DNA of 54,605 nt from a virus (Duplodnaviria; Caudoviricetes), in the IMG/VR virus record IMGVR_UViG_3300036770_004582, positions 1 to 54,605 of that record; one strand, 5' to 3'. The notes under the pieces are model-generated. The model was not told the origin of the DNA, ran no database searches, and saw only the letters and a list, made by a program, of their open reading frames with translations. Shown here one piece after another: positions 9,601 through 18,538 of the stretch (the first letter of the stretch is position 1; each line of letters opens with the position of its first letter). Made by a program: the position numbers and the translations under genes.

Positions 9601-11671
9601 GGCGGGTAAAGCGGATATCTCCCGTCGACTGAATGAGGCCGAGGGGTTCGATATTGTAACGGAGCTATTTAAGTCCGCCATTGATAATCCCTCCGCTGCA
9701 ATGTCGTATGTGGCTATTGAACTTCCTCAGGAGCTGGCCGTTATTGGTGTGGCTGCTAAGGTTTCCAAGGCCTTTGGTTTCCTTTATGGTTTAGGCGCTG
9801 ACGCTATGATGAATGCGGTTGATGCGGGTGGTGCAGATGGGAAGCAGGCATTCGACGAGGCAATCAAGGCAGGCAAGAGTCCCGAAGAGGCGATGGACGT
9901 GGCAATGAACGTGTTTACCACCTCGGCGGCGCTTTCCGGTGTAATCTCCCCTCTTATCGACGCTCCCTTCATTAAAGGAGCTGCCAAGGCAAACGTTCCT
10001 ACCACTGGGCGAACCGGCACGCAGATTGCTCAGGACGTACGCAATGCGGGTACGGCAACGGTGAAAGAAACAATCGAAGAGGGTGGCCAATCCTTTACCG
10101 TTGCTGGTATTACCGACTACTTGATTACCGGTGAGGTGGACTGGGGTGATGCGTTCCGGCAGGGTGCGACGAATTCTTTCTACGGCGGCCACACCGCCGG
10201 AGCGACTTCTGCTACTGTCTCGTCCATCAACACCTCGACCGGCCCAGTGGCAAACAACCTCTCGGTCGTGGACCCCTCGAATGCCTCCTCCCACCTGACG
10301 ATGATCAACGACACGCTTGCCTCCTCGCCCAGCACGAGTGCAGCGGCCACCACGATCTCCACGAATTTGCAGAATGGTGGGATGCCTGCGGCACAGGCCA
10401 ACAACATCGCCAACACCGCAATCGCCGAATCGGTCGTGGCCGACGTTAACGCCAACGCCGACGGCCAGTTCCAGATCGGCGACTTGAACACTGCAATCGG
10501 GGTCGATTCAAACGGTGATGCGGTGACGCTCGGCGACTATCTGGGGTCGAACTACACAAACCTCGGTTCCACTCAGGTCGCGATTAACCCAAGCGCGGTA
10601 ATCGGCACCGACGTGGATGGTACCCCGCTTACGATCCAAAATATCCAAGACCTGTCGACTTCCATTACCATCGACACCTCGGTGACGACCAACCCGAACA
10701 CGGGCGTGGTGACCGAAACGAAGACGGACGTGAACCCCGAGACGAACGTCGTGACCGAGACCAAGACGGATGTAGACCCGAACACGAACACTCAGACCGA
10801 GACCAAGACGGATGTAAACCCAAATACGAACACGGTGGTGGAGACCGACACTACTACCGATCCAAACACGAACGTCGTTACCGAAACCGAGACCTCGACG
10901 AATATAGAGACCGACATGCAGGTGGTAACTCGGACCGAAACCGACCCGGTTACGGGCGGCACCACGACGACGACCGAGGAGCGCAAGCCGGACGAGGAGG
11001 AGAAAGAAGAGAAAGAGGAAAAATTCCGCCGACTGTTGCAAGGCAGTGCCGCTGGTGCTACACTTTTGGCTGCAGCCTCCCCCGCGACCTCTAAAATCAT
11101 GCTGCCCGAGGAGACTTGGCTGGGTGGCAAGCCGCGAGTGACGCCCGAAATGCTTGACCTTTTTAAAATATTTGCTAAGGACACCCCTGAGATGCAAGAA
11201 CAGGAAATCTTCTCCGCCCTTCGCCGGGCCTCGGGTCTCGAAGACTCCCCCGGCCCTCGTCCCCTCATCTCGGAACCCTCCTACTATTCGTACGGCGCCG
11301 AGACCACCCCCGGGTCCGTCATCCGACCATTCCGGCGGGGTGGGACTGTACAAAACCCTATTTCGGATGATACAATGACGGGGTCACCACTGGCACGCGC
11401 GTCGGGGGGTGACGTCGGGCATAAGGGTACACACTACGTGCAGGGTGCCGGGGGCGGGCAGGATGACCTGATTCCGGCGAAGTTGGCCGACGGGGAGTAC
11501 GTTTTTGACGCCGAGATCGTTGCCGCACTCGGTGATGGTTCGAACAAAGAAGGTGCGAAGATCTTGGACAAGTTTCGCGAAGAAATACGGAAGCACAAAC
11601 GCGGGGGATCTACCAAGACCATCCCTCCGAAGGCTAAAAGCCCGCTGGCTTATTTAAGGAGTGTAACATGA
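6602..11671 (+). CDS. Large internal virion / ejection protein (~1690 aa)
   Basis: Start refined to ATG 6602 (TAATG coupling). Ala/Gly-rich helical middle, Thr-rich repeats and C-terminal GGGQDDLIPAKLADGEYV domain; position matches podovirus ejection proteins. Confidence 0.7.
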   Translation: MALNLFPSLSFGNQPSNITLRSEPLNLGLSFEDLVASSSRAASSPLLSVTNTTPVELPPVNRFDPASIDPASYGPFLPQPDVTGVPPARTSTTPPLRLVDPAEYAVSSPGGVETLTINPRPGALTTATTPATTLNIADYPFGEGPTIKETVTPEEQERRLELALGATVRLPTPEDMVQTAAYSAVGEPLDPSGVAYYTEKLRTGELTPDSLARDIAFGAQSETQQQKANDFLREELGYDYYMLGGKDDVDLSNFPEETVNTIQSMARSILGEELQLDRVAVLAEKMVSGELTDQTLVGELVYNAVGPEQQARANTILGYNLYNVEPVDQLVTQISDQYSNINAGGYRYGGRGSELDRIYQGQANKLADMGITSIYDLGYEEIPQSETIYGAIPYEGGYYYEVEQSEGPAERRYIDKDDVLEADFKPIQYVDSGEGLIALPPRVQVTYATDPIKFLTNKQTGERLTDSRGREVPIVRREGYERWGFDTSVKGMADYGIQFDKDGNAILFPVYKDTSDTGKLAMAAAIIATPFIPQIGAFLGPGFAPATQAAIGATAVSAGTQLLATGKIDPLRTAVSAGFAYVGTTGNLTGADIAAEAADLTSRGLETAQVASTLESMGVNSVTANLASQFSAAGVPVEYAPMLTAGVTNGSLLALDAISNEGDWSSAFRNGFLTGASGEASAFAVSKLIGDDAIRELARVTNLTPAQINGIAAQSVSSAINAEVLNTGNFFDVLGTTAVSLGVGQSGANAIVQAFSDKLSPKEVAGMTSVARDVLTTGTAAVLNNRDPGAAVNANLVNTAINAISEVTRAPSQEAVDENRQSRIDAEVSKVETGELSGNPAAVEAYQNALGEGKTQTEAIDAAKRVVATERVDAAVGTTSTTEPVIIKDETGADVEVFKVPSWDIKEGKIDPKPMENVYRDANGNVYVNTVTEDGTSVTVSAPQFLSTALGIGVQSATELVSNFYNGVRLMGGASPDSAFSKMLDQINETGGKMESPEIQAGKADISRRLNEAEGFDIVTELFKSAIDNPSAAMSYVAIELPQELAVIGVAAKVSKAFGFLYGLGADAMMNAVDAGGADGKQAFDEAIKAGKSPEEAMDVAMNVFTTSAALSGVISPLIDAPFIKGAAKANVPTTGRTGTQIAQDVRNAGTATVKETIEEGGQSFTVAGITDYLITGEVDWGDAFRQGATNSFYGGHTAGATSATVSSINTSTGPVANNLSVVDPSNASSHLTMINDTLASSPSTSAAATTISTNLQNGGMPAAQANNIANTAIAESVVADVNANADGQFQIGDLNTAIGVDSNGDAVTLGDYLGSNYTNLGSTQVAINPSAVIGTDVDGTPLTIQNIQDLSTSITIDTSVTTNPNTGVVTETKTDVNPETNVVTETKTDVDPNTNTQTETKTDVNPNTNTVVETDTTTDPNTNVVTETETSTNIETDMQVVTRTETDPVTGGTTTTTEERKPDEEEKEEKEEKFRRLLQGSAAGATLLAAASPATSKIMLPEETWLGGKPRVTPEMLDLFKIFAKDTPEMQEQEIFSALRRASGLEDSPGPRPLISEPSYYSYGAETTPGSVIRPFRRGGTVQNPISDDTMTGSPLARASGGDVGHKGTHYVQGAGGGQDDLIPAKLADGEYVFDAEIVAALGDGSNKEGAKILDKFREEIRKHKRGGSTKTIPPKAKSPLAYLRSVT
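10688..10975 (+). repeat. About six degenerate 45-bp (15-aa) in-frame tandem repeats, (N/D)PxTxxxTETKTDV
   Basis: TNPNTGVVTETKTDV/NPETNVVTETKTDV/DPNTNTQTETKTDV/NPNTNTVVETDTTT/DPNTNVVTETETST... read from the translation. Confidence 0.85.
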
Positions 11672-12666
11672 GTCTCACCCAAGGGGAAGCACTACCGGAT
11701 GTAGAAACGCTCAAGGAGGTAGAAACTACCGGCCCATCGTGGTATACGGACTATCTCGAGAACTTAGCTACCGCAGGCACGAAGTTCCTCGGTGTCCCTG
11801 ACCCCGTCACGGGTGAGGTGCCGGAGCAGGAGTTGGTAGCGGGTCTTACCGAAGCCCAAAAGTCAATGCTCGAAGGAGCCGCCACTGGACTGACTGGTTA
11901 CACGACACCACTGGGTGGTGCCGAAACAGGACTCGACCGCTTAACCAACATCGACCTGTATGGCGATTACATGACCGGGTTGATGGACAAGTACGAGGAG
12001 GATGTCATCAACGAGATGGCACGACAGCAGCAACAGGATCTGCAGCGTTACCTGCTGCCCTCACTCAAGGGTGGATTTGTTGGTGCTGGTGGCCTGGGCA
12101 GTCAGCGCTATGCAGGGGCCTTGGGTCAAATGGGTGGGGATATCGCTGCAAACCTCTACGGTCAACAGGCGAAGCTCCGACAGCAGGGGTTCCAAGACGT
12201 GATGGACGCAGCACTGAAGCAGGCCGAGATCGAGCGGGGTGCCAGCTCCGACCTTGCTTCGCTGGCCGCAATCGAGTCCCAAGCCGCCGAGCGTGGGTAC
12301 AAGACTTATTCGGACCTGTTGGAGCTGGAGCGCGGGATCGAGCAGCAAAAGCTGTTGGCACCGTTGGCGGCGTCCAAGCAGGCGGCGGATATATTCGCGA
12401 ATCTTAAAGTTCCCTCCACCGTTACCGAGGAATTCAAGGGGCCAATGCCCGGTGCCTACAGCACCTCGCCGCTGTCGCAGATCGCCGGATTAGGTACACT
12501 CTTCGCCTCGGGTGCCGGCGGTACTTCGGCTATTGAGGGTCTTGGTGACGTCTTCAGCGACGTCATCGGTGGGGTTAGAAAGTTCTTTCCTGATACAGGT
12601 ACCACCAACAACCAGTTGAGTTCAGACCAGCAGCTTGACTATCGAACTGGTTATGACATTGTCTAA
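11668..12666 (+). CDS. Internal virion (DNA transfer/pilot-like) protein
   Basis: Gln/Ala/Gly-rich with GAGGLGSQR and STSPLSQIAGLG motifs; AAGGAG RBS. Confidence 0.65.
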   Translation: MSLTQGEALPDVETLKEVETTGPSWYTDYLENLATAGTKFLGVPDPVTGEVPEQELVAGLTEAQKSMLEGAATGLTGYTTPLGGAETGLDRLTNIDLYGDYMTGLMDKYEEDVINEMARQQQQDLQRYLLPSLKGGFVGAGGLGSQRYAGALGQMGGDIAANLYGQQAKLRQQGFQDVMDAALKQAEIERGASSDLASLAAIESQAAERGYKTYSDLLELERGIEQQKLLAPLAASKQAADIFANLKVPSTVTEEFKGPMPGAYSTSPLSQIAGLGTLFASGAGGTSAIEGLGDVFSDVIGGVRKFFPDTGTTNNQLSSDQQLDYRTGYDIV

Positions 12667-12783
12667 AGGCGATTGAGGCAATTTATGGCGACTAAACCAA
12701 AGACCACTCGACCAGATGTCACAGGCGGAAATTGATCTTAATTACATCATCGACTCTGCAAACTAACAGCGAAAGAGTAAGAA

Positions 12784-14403
12784 ATGGATAACACCACTGG
12801 TACCTCGGACTCCTACAGCCCGTTTCTTGCTGAGTTACTCGACATTGAGACCAACTCGGGCATAACACTCTCGGAGATCGGCCGTCGGGTGTACGGCTCA
12901 AACCAGGAGTACCTCGCCAAGAAGCGTGCCGTGGACGAAGCGCGGGAGGCAATGCAGAACGCGCTGGCCGAACGCAAGGGTGGATTCCGGCTCGACCCCA
13001 AGATGCTAGCGTTGGCCCAGGGGTTCCTTGCCCCTACCCAGACCGGGTCTTTTGGTGAAAGCCTCAGCAAGGCCGCAGGTCTGTACTCCGAGGCACAGGT
13101 ACGGGATGACGCCCGGCTGCGAGAGTTGGCGCGGATGCGGTACGAACTGGCCCAATCAGGACTGGCCGAGGAGAAAGAGCTGGCAGGGCTAGGGTTGAAG
13201 GTGGCCTCGAAGATCACGCCGCAGATGACCGCGATCCAAAAGCAGATACTCTCGGAGGGTCTTAACCCCCGCTCACCCGAGGGACAAACGCGGGCCAAGG
13301 AGCTTTACGCGTTGTCGCAGGCCACGCCTGACATGAAAGAGTTCGCGGCACGTTCGGGCCTCGCACTTACCGCCCCTAATTTCGCCGATGCGTTCAAGCA
13401 ATCCCGTAGCCTCGAAGCCCTTCGACCCATCGCCACCCGACTCGGACTGGACCTCTCGGATCCCGCGCAGCTGGAGCGTGCACGAGGTGAAATGCAGCGC
13501 GAGACGCTTCGGACGCAAAAACCGGACGTGGCCAAGATGCTCGACAAGTTCGGTGGTGATATTCTTAATCCGCAGGACGTGCGGCGCGCCGAGCAGATGC
13601 TTACACGGGAACGGTCGCTCGAAGTAGAGGGCAAAGAGGTAAATATCGAATCGGCGAAGAATCAGATCTTACGGACCCAACAGGAGATCTTGGAGAACAC
13701 GCGTTCGGGGAACTACGGTGTGGTGCCGGAGCGCGCAGCGGAGCTGGGTGTGCCGATCGACCCGCTGACCAAGTATAAAGGGCTGTCGGTGAAAGAGGCC
13801 GCGAAGCAGCGGTCCGAGGACATTGATGAGGCCGAGAAGTTTATCAACGACAAAATTATTCCGGGACTGCAGAACGCAGACGTAGACATTAACAACCTGA
13901 CGCGGGCACTGGCCTTAAATCAGCAGATCCGGACCGGCATGACGCTCGGGTTGCCTTTCGGGGTGGGTACTGCGGTCAAGACCCTTTCGGGTGATAAAAA
14001 GCTCATCGACGAGTTCGAATCCCTCGCCGCACTCGCGGCCAAAGCGAACCGGATGCCGGGCGACTCGAACGTGTCGAATGCCGACCTGAAGTTCATGCAG
14101 CTCGGTACCTTCTCGGTGGACAAGCAGCCGGAGACAAACGAGACCATCATCTCCTTCATGCTCGAACAGCGCAAGCGTGATAAAGACTTCGCGCAGTTTA
14201 TGACCGATTACGCCGCAGTCAACGGCACGCTCGGTCCCAATGCGCAGTCCGCGTGGCGTGGTTACTTGGATGCAAACCCCATTATGATAACCGACGAGAA
14301 GACTGGGGTGGTGCGGCTGAATCCGAACCGAATGTCGCACCGCGAGTTCTTCAACGCCCCTCGGGTGCGGGTGGGTAAAGACGGCAAGGAGGCCGGACGA
14401 TGA
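12784..14403 (+). CDS. Internal virion protein
   Basis: Helical protein with LALAQGFLAPTQTGSFGESL and NVSNADLKF motifs in the ejection-protein block. Confidence 0.65.
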   Translation: MDNTTGTSDSYSPFLAELLDIETNSGITLSEIGRRVYGSNQEYLAKKRAVDEAREAMQNALAERKGGFRLDPKMLALAQGFLAPTQTGSFGESLSKAAGLYSEAQVRDDARLRELARMRYELAQSGLAEEKELAGLGLKVASKITPQMTAIQKQILSEGLNPRSPEGQTRAKELYALSQATPDMKEFAARSGLALTAPNFADAFKQSRSLEALRPIATRLGLDLSDPAQLERARGEMQRETLRTQKPDVAKMLDKFGGDILNPQDVRRAEQMLTRERSLEVEGKEVNIESAKNQILRTQQEILENTRSGNYGVVPERAAELGVPIDPLTKYKGLSVKEAAKQRSEDIDEAEKFINDKIIPGLQNADVDINNLTRALALNQQIRTGMTLGLPFGVGTAVKTLSGDKKLIDEFESLAALAAKANRMPGDSNVSNADLKFMQLGTFSVDKQPETNETIISFMLEQRKRDKDFAQFMTDYAAVNGTLGPNAQSAWRGYLDANPIMITDEKTGVVRLNPNRMSHREFFNAPRVRVGKDGKEAGR

Positions 14404-16451
14404 CAAGCCGAGTAATCGACGGGGTAATCTACGAGTTCGAGCCGGGTACCAGCGAGGCGACGATCCAGCGATTTGTAACCCGCAAGCAAGCCGAAGCCGC
14501 GCCGGCCGAATCCCCACCTCCCGCTGCCGCCCCCGCTCCCACCACTGCACGCGCCCCTGCACCAGCCGCACCTAAAGCACCGGCGGGGCCACCAATAGAA
14601 CCTTTTGCCCCTGGGTACCTGGGTCAAATGGCACAGGGCGCGACCTTCGGGTTCTCGGACGAGGCAATTGCCGCCGCCCGTGCCGCAATGGGGGAACGCA
14701 GCTACCCGGAGTATGTTGCTGCAGAACGCGAGGGGTTACGGAAGTTCCGTGAGGAGTCGCCCGTGTCCTCGACTGCAGCCGAACTTACCGGAACCGTGGC
14801 TCCCGCGCTGCTCACCGGCGGATACTCGCTACTACCACAAGCCGCGAAAGCTAGTACAGGGGCGTTGTCGCGATTGCCAAAGCTACTCTCGGGCGACAAG
14901 CCCACCATCGGGCGCACCACGGCCTTGGGTGCTGGTGCCGGCGGGGTGTCGGCTGTGGGTACCTCCGAGAAACCGCTCACCGAACAGTGGGAAGAGTTCT
15001 TAAAAGGTGCCGCTCTTGGCGGTGGTTCCACCCTTGGGCTTGGAGTGGTTACCAAGTACGCGGTCTCTCCCGCCTTCCAAGCGATCAAGAAGTCGCTCGG
15101 GTTTGGTGAGGAGAACCGGATGGCGGATCTGGCGATCGCGCAGGCGCTGGCGAAGGATGGGCTGTCACCGGAGCAGGCGGACGTAATGCTGCAAAAGATT
15201 AACCGGAACGAGTTGACGTTGGCCGACGTTGGGGAGAACACCCGGGCGCTGCTGCGTCGCGCCACGGCCGCACCGGGGATGGCCCGGATGGAGGCCAAGG
15301 GCGAACTCGCCGCGCGGGAAGCCGGACGGGTGGATCGGGTAAGTGACGACCTGCGCCAACTGATGTCGGGAAGCAAGGACTTTCACACGGACGTGCAGGA
15401 CCTGATTAAACAACGCCGCACTGACGCCGACGCGCTTTACGAAGCGGCCTATTCTAATCCGCCCACGTTCACTCCCGCCAATGCCCCACAGCTGATGCGG
15501 CTGCGTGAATATCCCGCATTCAAGACTGCAATGAAGAAGGCCGAGAAGGATTTGGCTAACCGTGGCATGGACCCGAAGGATCCGCAGTACGCGCTCCGAG
15601 GTCTGCACCATACAAAACTCGCACTGGACGACATGATTGGTGAGGCCATGCGCGCCGGGAAGAACAACGAGGCGGCGACCCTGATCGAGATGAAACGGAA
15701 GCTGCTGGAGGACCTGGAGAAAGCGTCACCCGCGTACAAGACCGCGCGGCTGGCCTACGCCGGGGACTCCGAGATGCTTACCGCGATGGAAGAAGGACGA
15801 AACGTCTACAAGATGTCCGAACCCGAACTGCGCAAATTCGTGAACCGGTTCAAGGACAACCCGTCCGAGATGGACTCTTTCCGAGCAGGAATCGCCCAAG
15901 GGATGCTGGAGAAGATCCGTGTGGCCGGTCCGGTGGCTGACCCCTTCAAGACGCTGCTGTCGCGTGACGCCGAAGCCAAGCTGCGCCGGGCGTTCCGGGA
16001 CGATGCGGCGTTCGACGAGTTCAAGAAGCGGTTGCTCACCGAACAGCGGATGCTGGAGACCGAAAAGACCGGATTCCGCCGTACACCAGCAGACACCGAC
16101 CTCGAACCTACCGCAGGTGGTGTTGGTGCCGCCCGGGCGTTCCTCTCCGGTGCTCCCGTAACCGGGATGATTGAGACCGCCCGGACCGCCTTTCCCACCA
16201 TAACCGGGATGCCGGCGCGGATCGCGCAGCCCACCACCGAACGACTCCTCACCCCGACCTCGCAGGTCTCGGACGTCATCGAAGGGATCATGTCGAGTTT
16301 GAAGTCCGAGGAGCAGAATTTGATGCGCCAGTCGGGCCTCGCTGGTGCCGGTGGAGTAATGGTAGGGCAGCAGGCCGGCGAACGTGACATTAAGCCCCAG
16401 AATATCCCGGGTCAGCCCGCACCACCGAGACCACCGTTGGCCCCTCGCTAA
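14400..16451 (+). CDS. Internal virion protein
   Basis: QGATFGFSDE motif, Gly/Ala-rich membrane-like stretches; last gene before the terminator. Confidence 0.7.
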   Translation: MTSRVIDGVIYEFEPGTSEATIQRFVTRKQAEAAPAESPPPAAAPAPTTARAPAPAAPKAPAGPPIEPFAPGYLGQMAQGATFGFSDEAIAAARAAMGERSYPEYVAAEREGLRKFREESPVSSTAAELTGTVAPALLTGGYSLLPQAAKASTGALSRLPKLLSGDKPTIGRTTALGAGAGGVSAVGTSEKPLTEQWEEFLKGAALGGGSTLGLGVVTKYAVSPAFQAIKKSLGFGEENRMADLAIAQALAKDGLSPEQADVMLQKINRNELTLADVGENTRALLRRATAAPGMARMEAKGELAAREAGRVDRVSDDLRQLMSGSKDFHTDVQDLIKQRRTDADALYEAAYSNPPTFTPANAPQLMRLREYPAFKTAMKKAEKDLANRGMDPKDPQYALRGLHHTKLALDDMIGEAMRAGKNNEAATLIEMKRKLLEDLEKASPAYKTARLAYAGDSEMLTAMEEGRNVYKMSEPELRKFVNRFKDNPSEMDSFRAGIAQGMLEKIRVAGPVADPFKTLLSRDAEAKLRRAFRDDAAFDEFKKRLLTEQRMLETEKTGFRRTPADTDLEPTAGGVGAARAFLSGAPVTGMIETARTAFPTITGMPARIAQPTTERLLTPTSQVSDVIEGIMSSLKSEEQNLMRQSGLAGAGGVMVGQQAGERDIKPQNIPGQPAPPRPPLAPR

Positions 16452-16507
16452 CGCTCCTGCCTAGGAGCGGGTATATCAATACCTTCCCGATATCAAAGAA
16501 GCCAAGG

Positions 16508-16534
16508 AAGAGGCCACGGAGGCCCTCTTTTATT
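16508..16534 (+). terminator. Probable intrinsic terminator ending the virion-gene block
   Basis: AAGAGGCC-acgga-GGCCCTCTT stem with one bulge, followed by TTATT. A second hairpin CGCTCCT-gcct-AGGAGCG lies at 16452-16469. Confidence 0.55.
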
Positions 16535-16541
16535 CCTGCTG

Positions 16542-16875
16542 CAATCGCGCACGTACGTGAGGAGTATAGAAGAGGGGACACTAATTATATCACCGGTAAT
16601 ACTTGGCGTCTAGAAGCACCTACTAACTGTTCCACCGTTCCATCTCTCGGTGCCGGTGATGGAACAGACTGACTGCCCGAAGAACCGCTTCCGAGGCCGA
16701 GCTTCGTGATTCTGTTCCATTGTTCCACCGTTCCATCACCCCGAAGATATCATAATTCCGTTGACAGGACCTCATGGGTGCGCGCATGGAACGCTGGAAC
16801 AATTCGGCCAGTGGCGGCTTGGGACGGGGTTCGTGGCTGTTCCATCTCTGTTCCATGACGGTGGAACGGTGGAAC
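16542..16875. repeat. Iteron-rich element A; inverted partner of 36542-36878; candidate replication origin
   Basis: 12 copies of GTTCCA/TGGAAC. 21-bp and 23-bp boxes are identical to the reverse complement of boxes in element B. Confidence 0.85.
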
Positions 16876-16885
16876 AAAAAGAGGG

Positions 16886-16915
16886 TTGAATCAGGTACTG
16901 CTCGTGTGGTAGAAT
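16886..16915 (+). promoter_or_regulatory. sigma70-like promoter for primase
   Basis: TTGAAT-N18-TAGAAT with TG extension; ATAGAGGGA leader before ATG 16979. Confidence 0.55.
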
Positions 16916-16978
16916 GTCGGGACGGGAAGGAGTCTTCACGATCCACCACACCGATAGTCTAACATAGAGGGATACTGG

Positions 16979-18538
16979 ATGGCAAGTAATAATCTTGTGC
17001 AGGACTACGCCGCGCTTTTCGCCGGCAACCTCCGCTCCTACGGCGAGTGGAACCCGGACACCGGGAACATGATCACCCATAAAGGGGAAGTACCGATCGA
17101 GGCCTACGAGGCCCACCTAGCAGGAACCCGGGGCTTGGGCATCGTGCCGATTACCGACGGCGGCACCTGCCTTTTTGGTGCCATCGACATCGACAAGCAC
17201 GAGTCACCCGAGGACGTGGACTTCGCCGCGCTGGCGGCCAAGATCCGCGAGTACCGACTCCCGCTGGTTATGTGCCGCACCAAGCGTGGTGGTGCCCACC
17301 TGTATCTTTTTGGGTCCGATTACTTGAATGCGCGGCAGGTGCGGCGGATTCTCGCTTCGTGGCGCGATGTGCTGCAGATCCCGTACAAGACCGAGATCTT
17401 CCCGAAACAGGACTCGCTGACCACCGCCTCGGGAGAGCGTGCGCTTGGCAACTGGATAAACCTCTGCTATTTCGACTGTGAGAACTCGCTGCGGTACGGG
17501 TTCGATGATTCCGGCGAGCCGACCTCCTTCGAGCTCTTCATCCGGCTGGCACAGAACAAGCGGATCTCGGCCGAGGATTTAAACGAACTCTTTCAGCGTG
17601 AGCACTTGGAGGCACCGCCCTGCATCCAGAAAATGATTCACTCGGGTGTGGAGTCCGGCGCGCGAAACGATGCCATGTACAACGTGGTCGTGTACCTCAA
17701 ACGGGCGCGACCCGAGTCGTTCTTCGATGATGCCTTGGAGCTGAACCGCACGATGTTCGACAAGCCACTGGCGCCGGCCGAGGCTAAAAAGGTAATCCGC
17801 TCGGCCTCTCGCCGCGACTACCTGTACAAGTGCAACGAGGAGCCGTGCAAGTCGTTGTGCGACCGCAAGACCTGTGTGACTCGGGAGTTCGGGATCTCGA
17901 TGGACGAGTTAAAAGACCTCGACGCCCACGACTCGCTACCACAGTTCACTGAACTTATCGAGTACCGGTCCGAGCCACCCCGGTGGGGGTTGCACGTCAA
18001 CGGGACGCTCATCCCGAACATTCCGACGGCGGTGTTGCGGGATCCAAGCCTGATGGGAACGCTGATCTTCGAGCAGCTTAAGATAAACATTCCGAAGATG
18101 ACACAGGAGACGTGGCGAAAACGGATCTTGGACCCGTTGGTGCCGGGGCTGCGAGTGATCGAGGTACCAAAGGAGGCGTCGGCATCGGGTGTGATCCAGT
18201 CGAAGTTCACCGAGTTTGTGCAGAAGGCGGACCTGACGCGCGATGGGCGAGACCCGCAGGACCGAAAGGCGCTGCTGCGCAACATCCCGGTGGTGCAGGA
18301 GATAAACGGGCAGCGACATATATTGTTTCGTGGTACCGCCTTCTCGGAGTTCCTCAAGCGCAACAAGGCCGAGGTGCTCACCGGCATGGACTTGTGGACT
18401 TGCCTGCGGCGCGACTGCAACGCGGACCACGACAAAATTCGGATCCCCGGCGGCAAGACGCTGAACGTGTGGATGGCTCCCTTAACCGACGATTATGAGG
18501 TAAAGCTCGATGAACCCGAGTTCACAACAGAATTCTAA
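16979..18538 (+). CDS. Archaeo-eukaryotic primase (PrimPol-type) with PriCT-like domain
   Basis: GAIDID (motif I), RTKRGGAHLY (motif II), EIFPKQ, GNWINL; PPCI..M...G.RN PriCT-like region; Cys cluster. Confidence 0.82.
   Translation: MASNNLVQDYAALFAGNLRSYGEWNPDTGNMITHKGEVPIEAYEAHLAGTRGLGIVPITDGGTCLFGAIDIDKHESPEDVDFAALAAKIREYRLPLVMCRTKRGGAHLYLFGSDYLNARQVRRILASWRDVLQIPYKTEIFPKQDSLTTASGERALGNWINLCYFDCENSLRYGFDDSGEPTSFELFIRLAQNKRISAEDLNELFQREHLEAPPCIQKMIHSGVESGARNDAMYNVVVYLKRARPESFFDDALELNRTMFDKPLAPAEAKKVIRSASRRDYLYKCNEEPCKSLCDRKTCVTREFGISMDELKDLDAHDSLPQFTELIEYRSEPPRWGLHVNGTLIPNIPTAVLRDPSLMGTLIFEQLKINIPKMTQETWRKRILDPLVPGLRVIEVPKEASASGVIQSKFTEFVQKADLTRDGRDPQDRKALLRNIPVVQEINGQRHILFRGTAFSEFLKRNKAEVLTGMDLWTCLRRDCNADHDKIRIPGGKTLNVWMAPLTDDYEVKLDEPEFTTEF

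Noticed and set aside
11347-11376. Internal promoter TGTACA-N18-TACAAT in the large virion gene
   Set aside because: The -35 is weak and there is no family leader; it could be chance.
16542-16875. CRISPR array or transposon terminal inverted repeats
   Set aside because: There is no constant 25-40 bp repeat with unique spacers, no cas gene or transposase, and no target-site duplication. The two elements match only in boxes.
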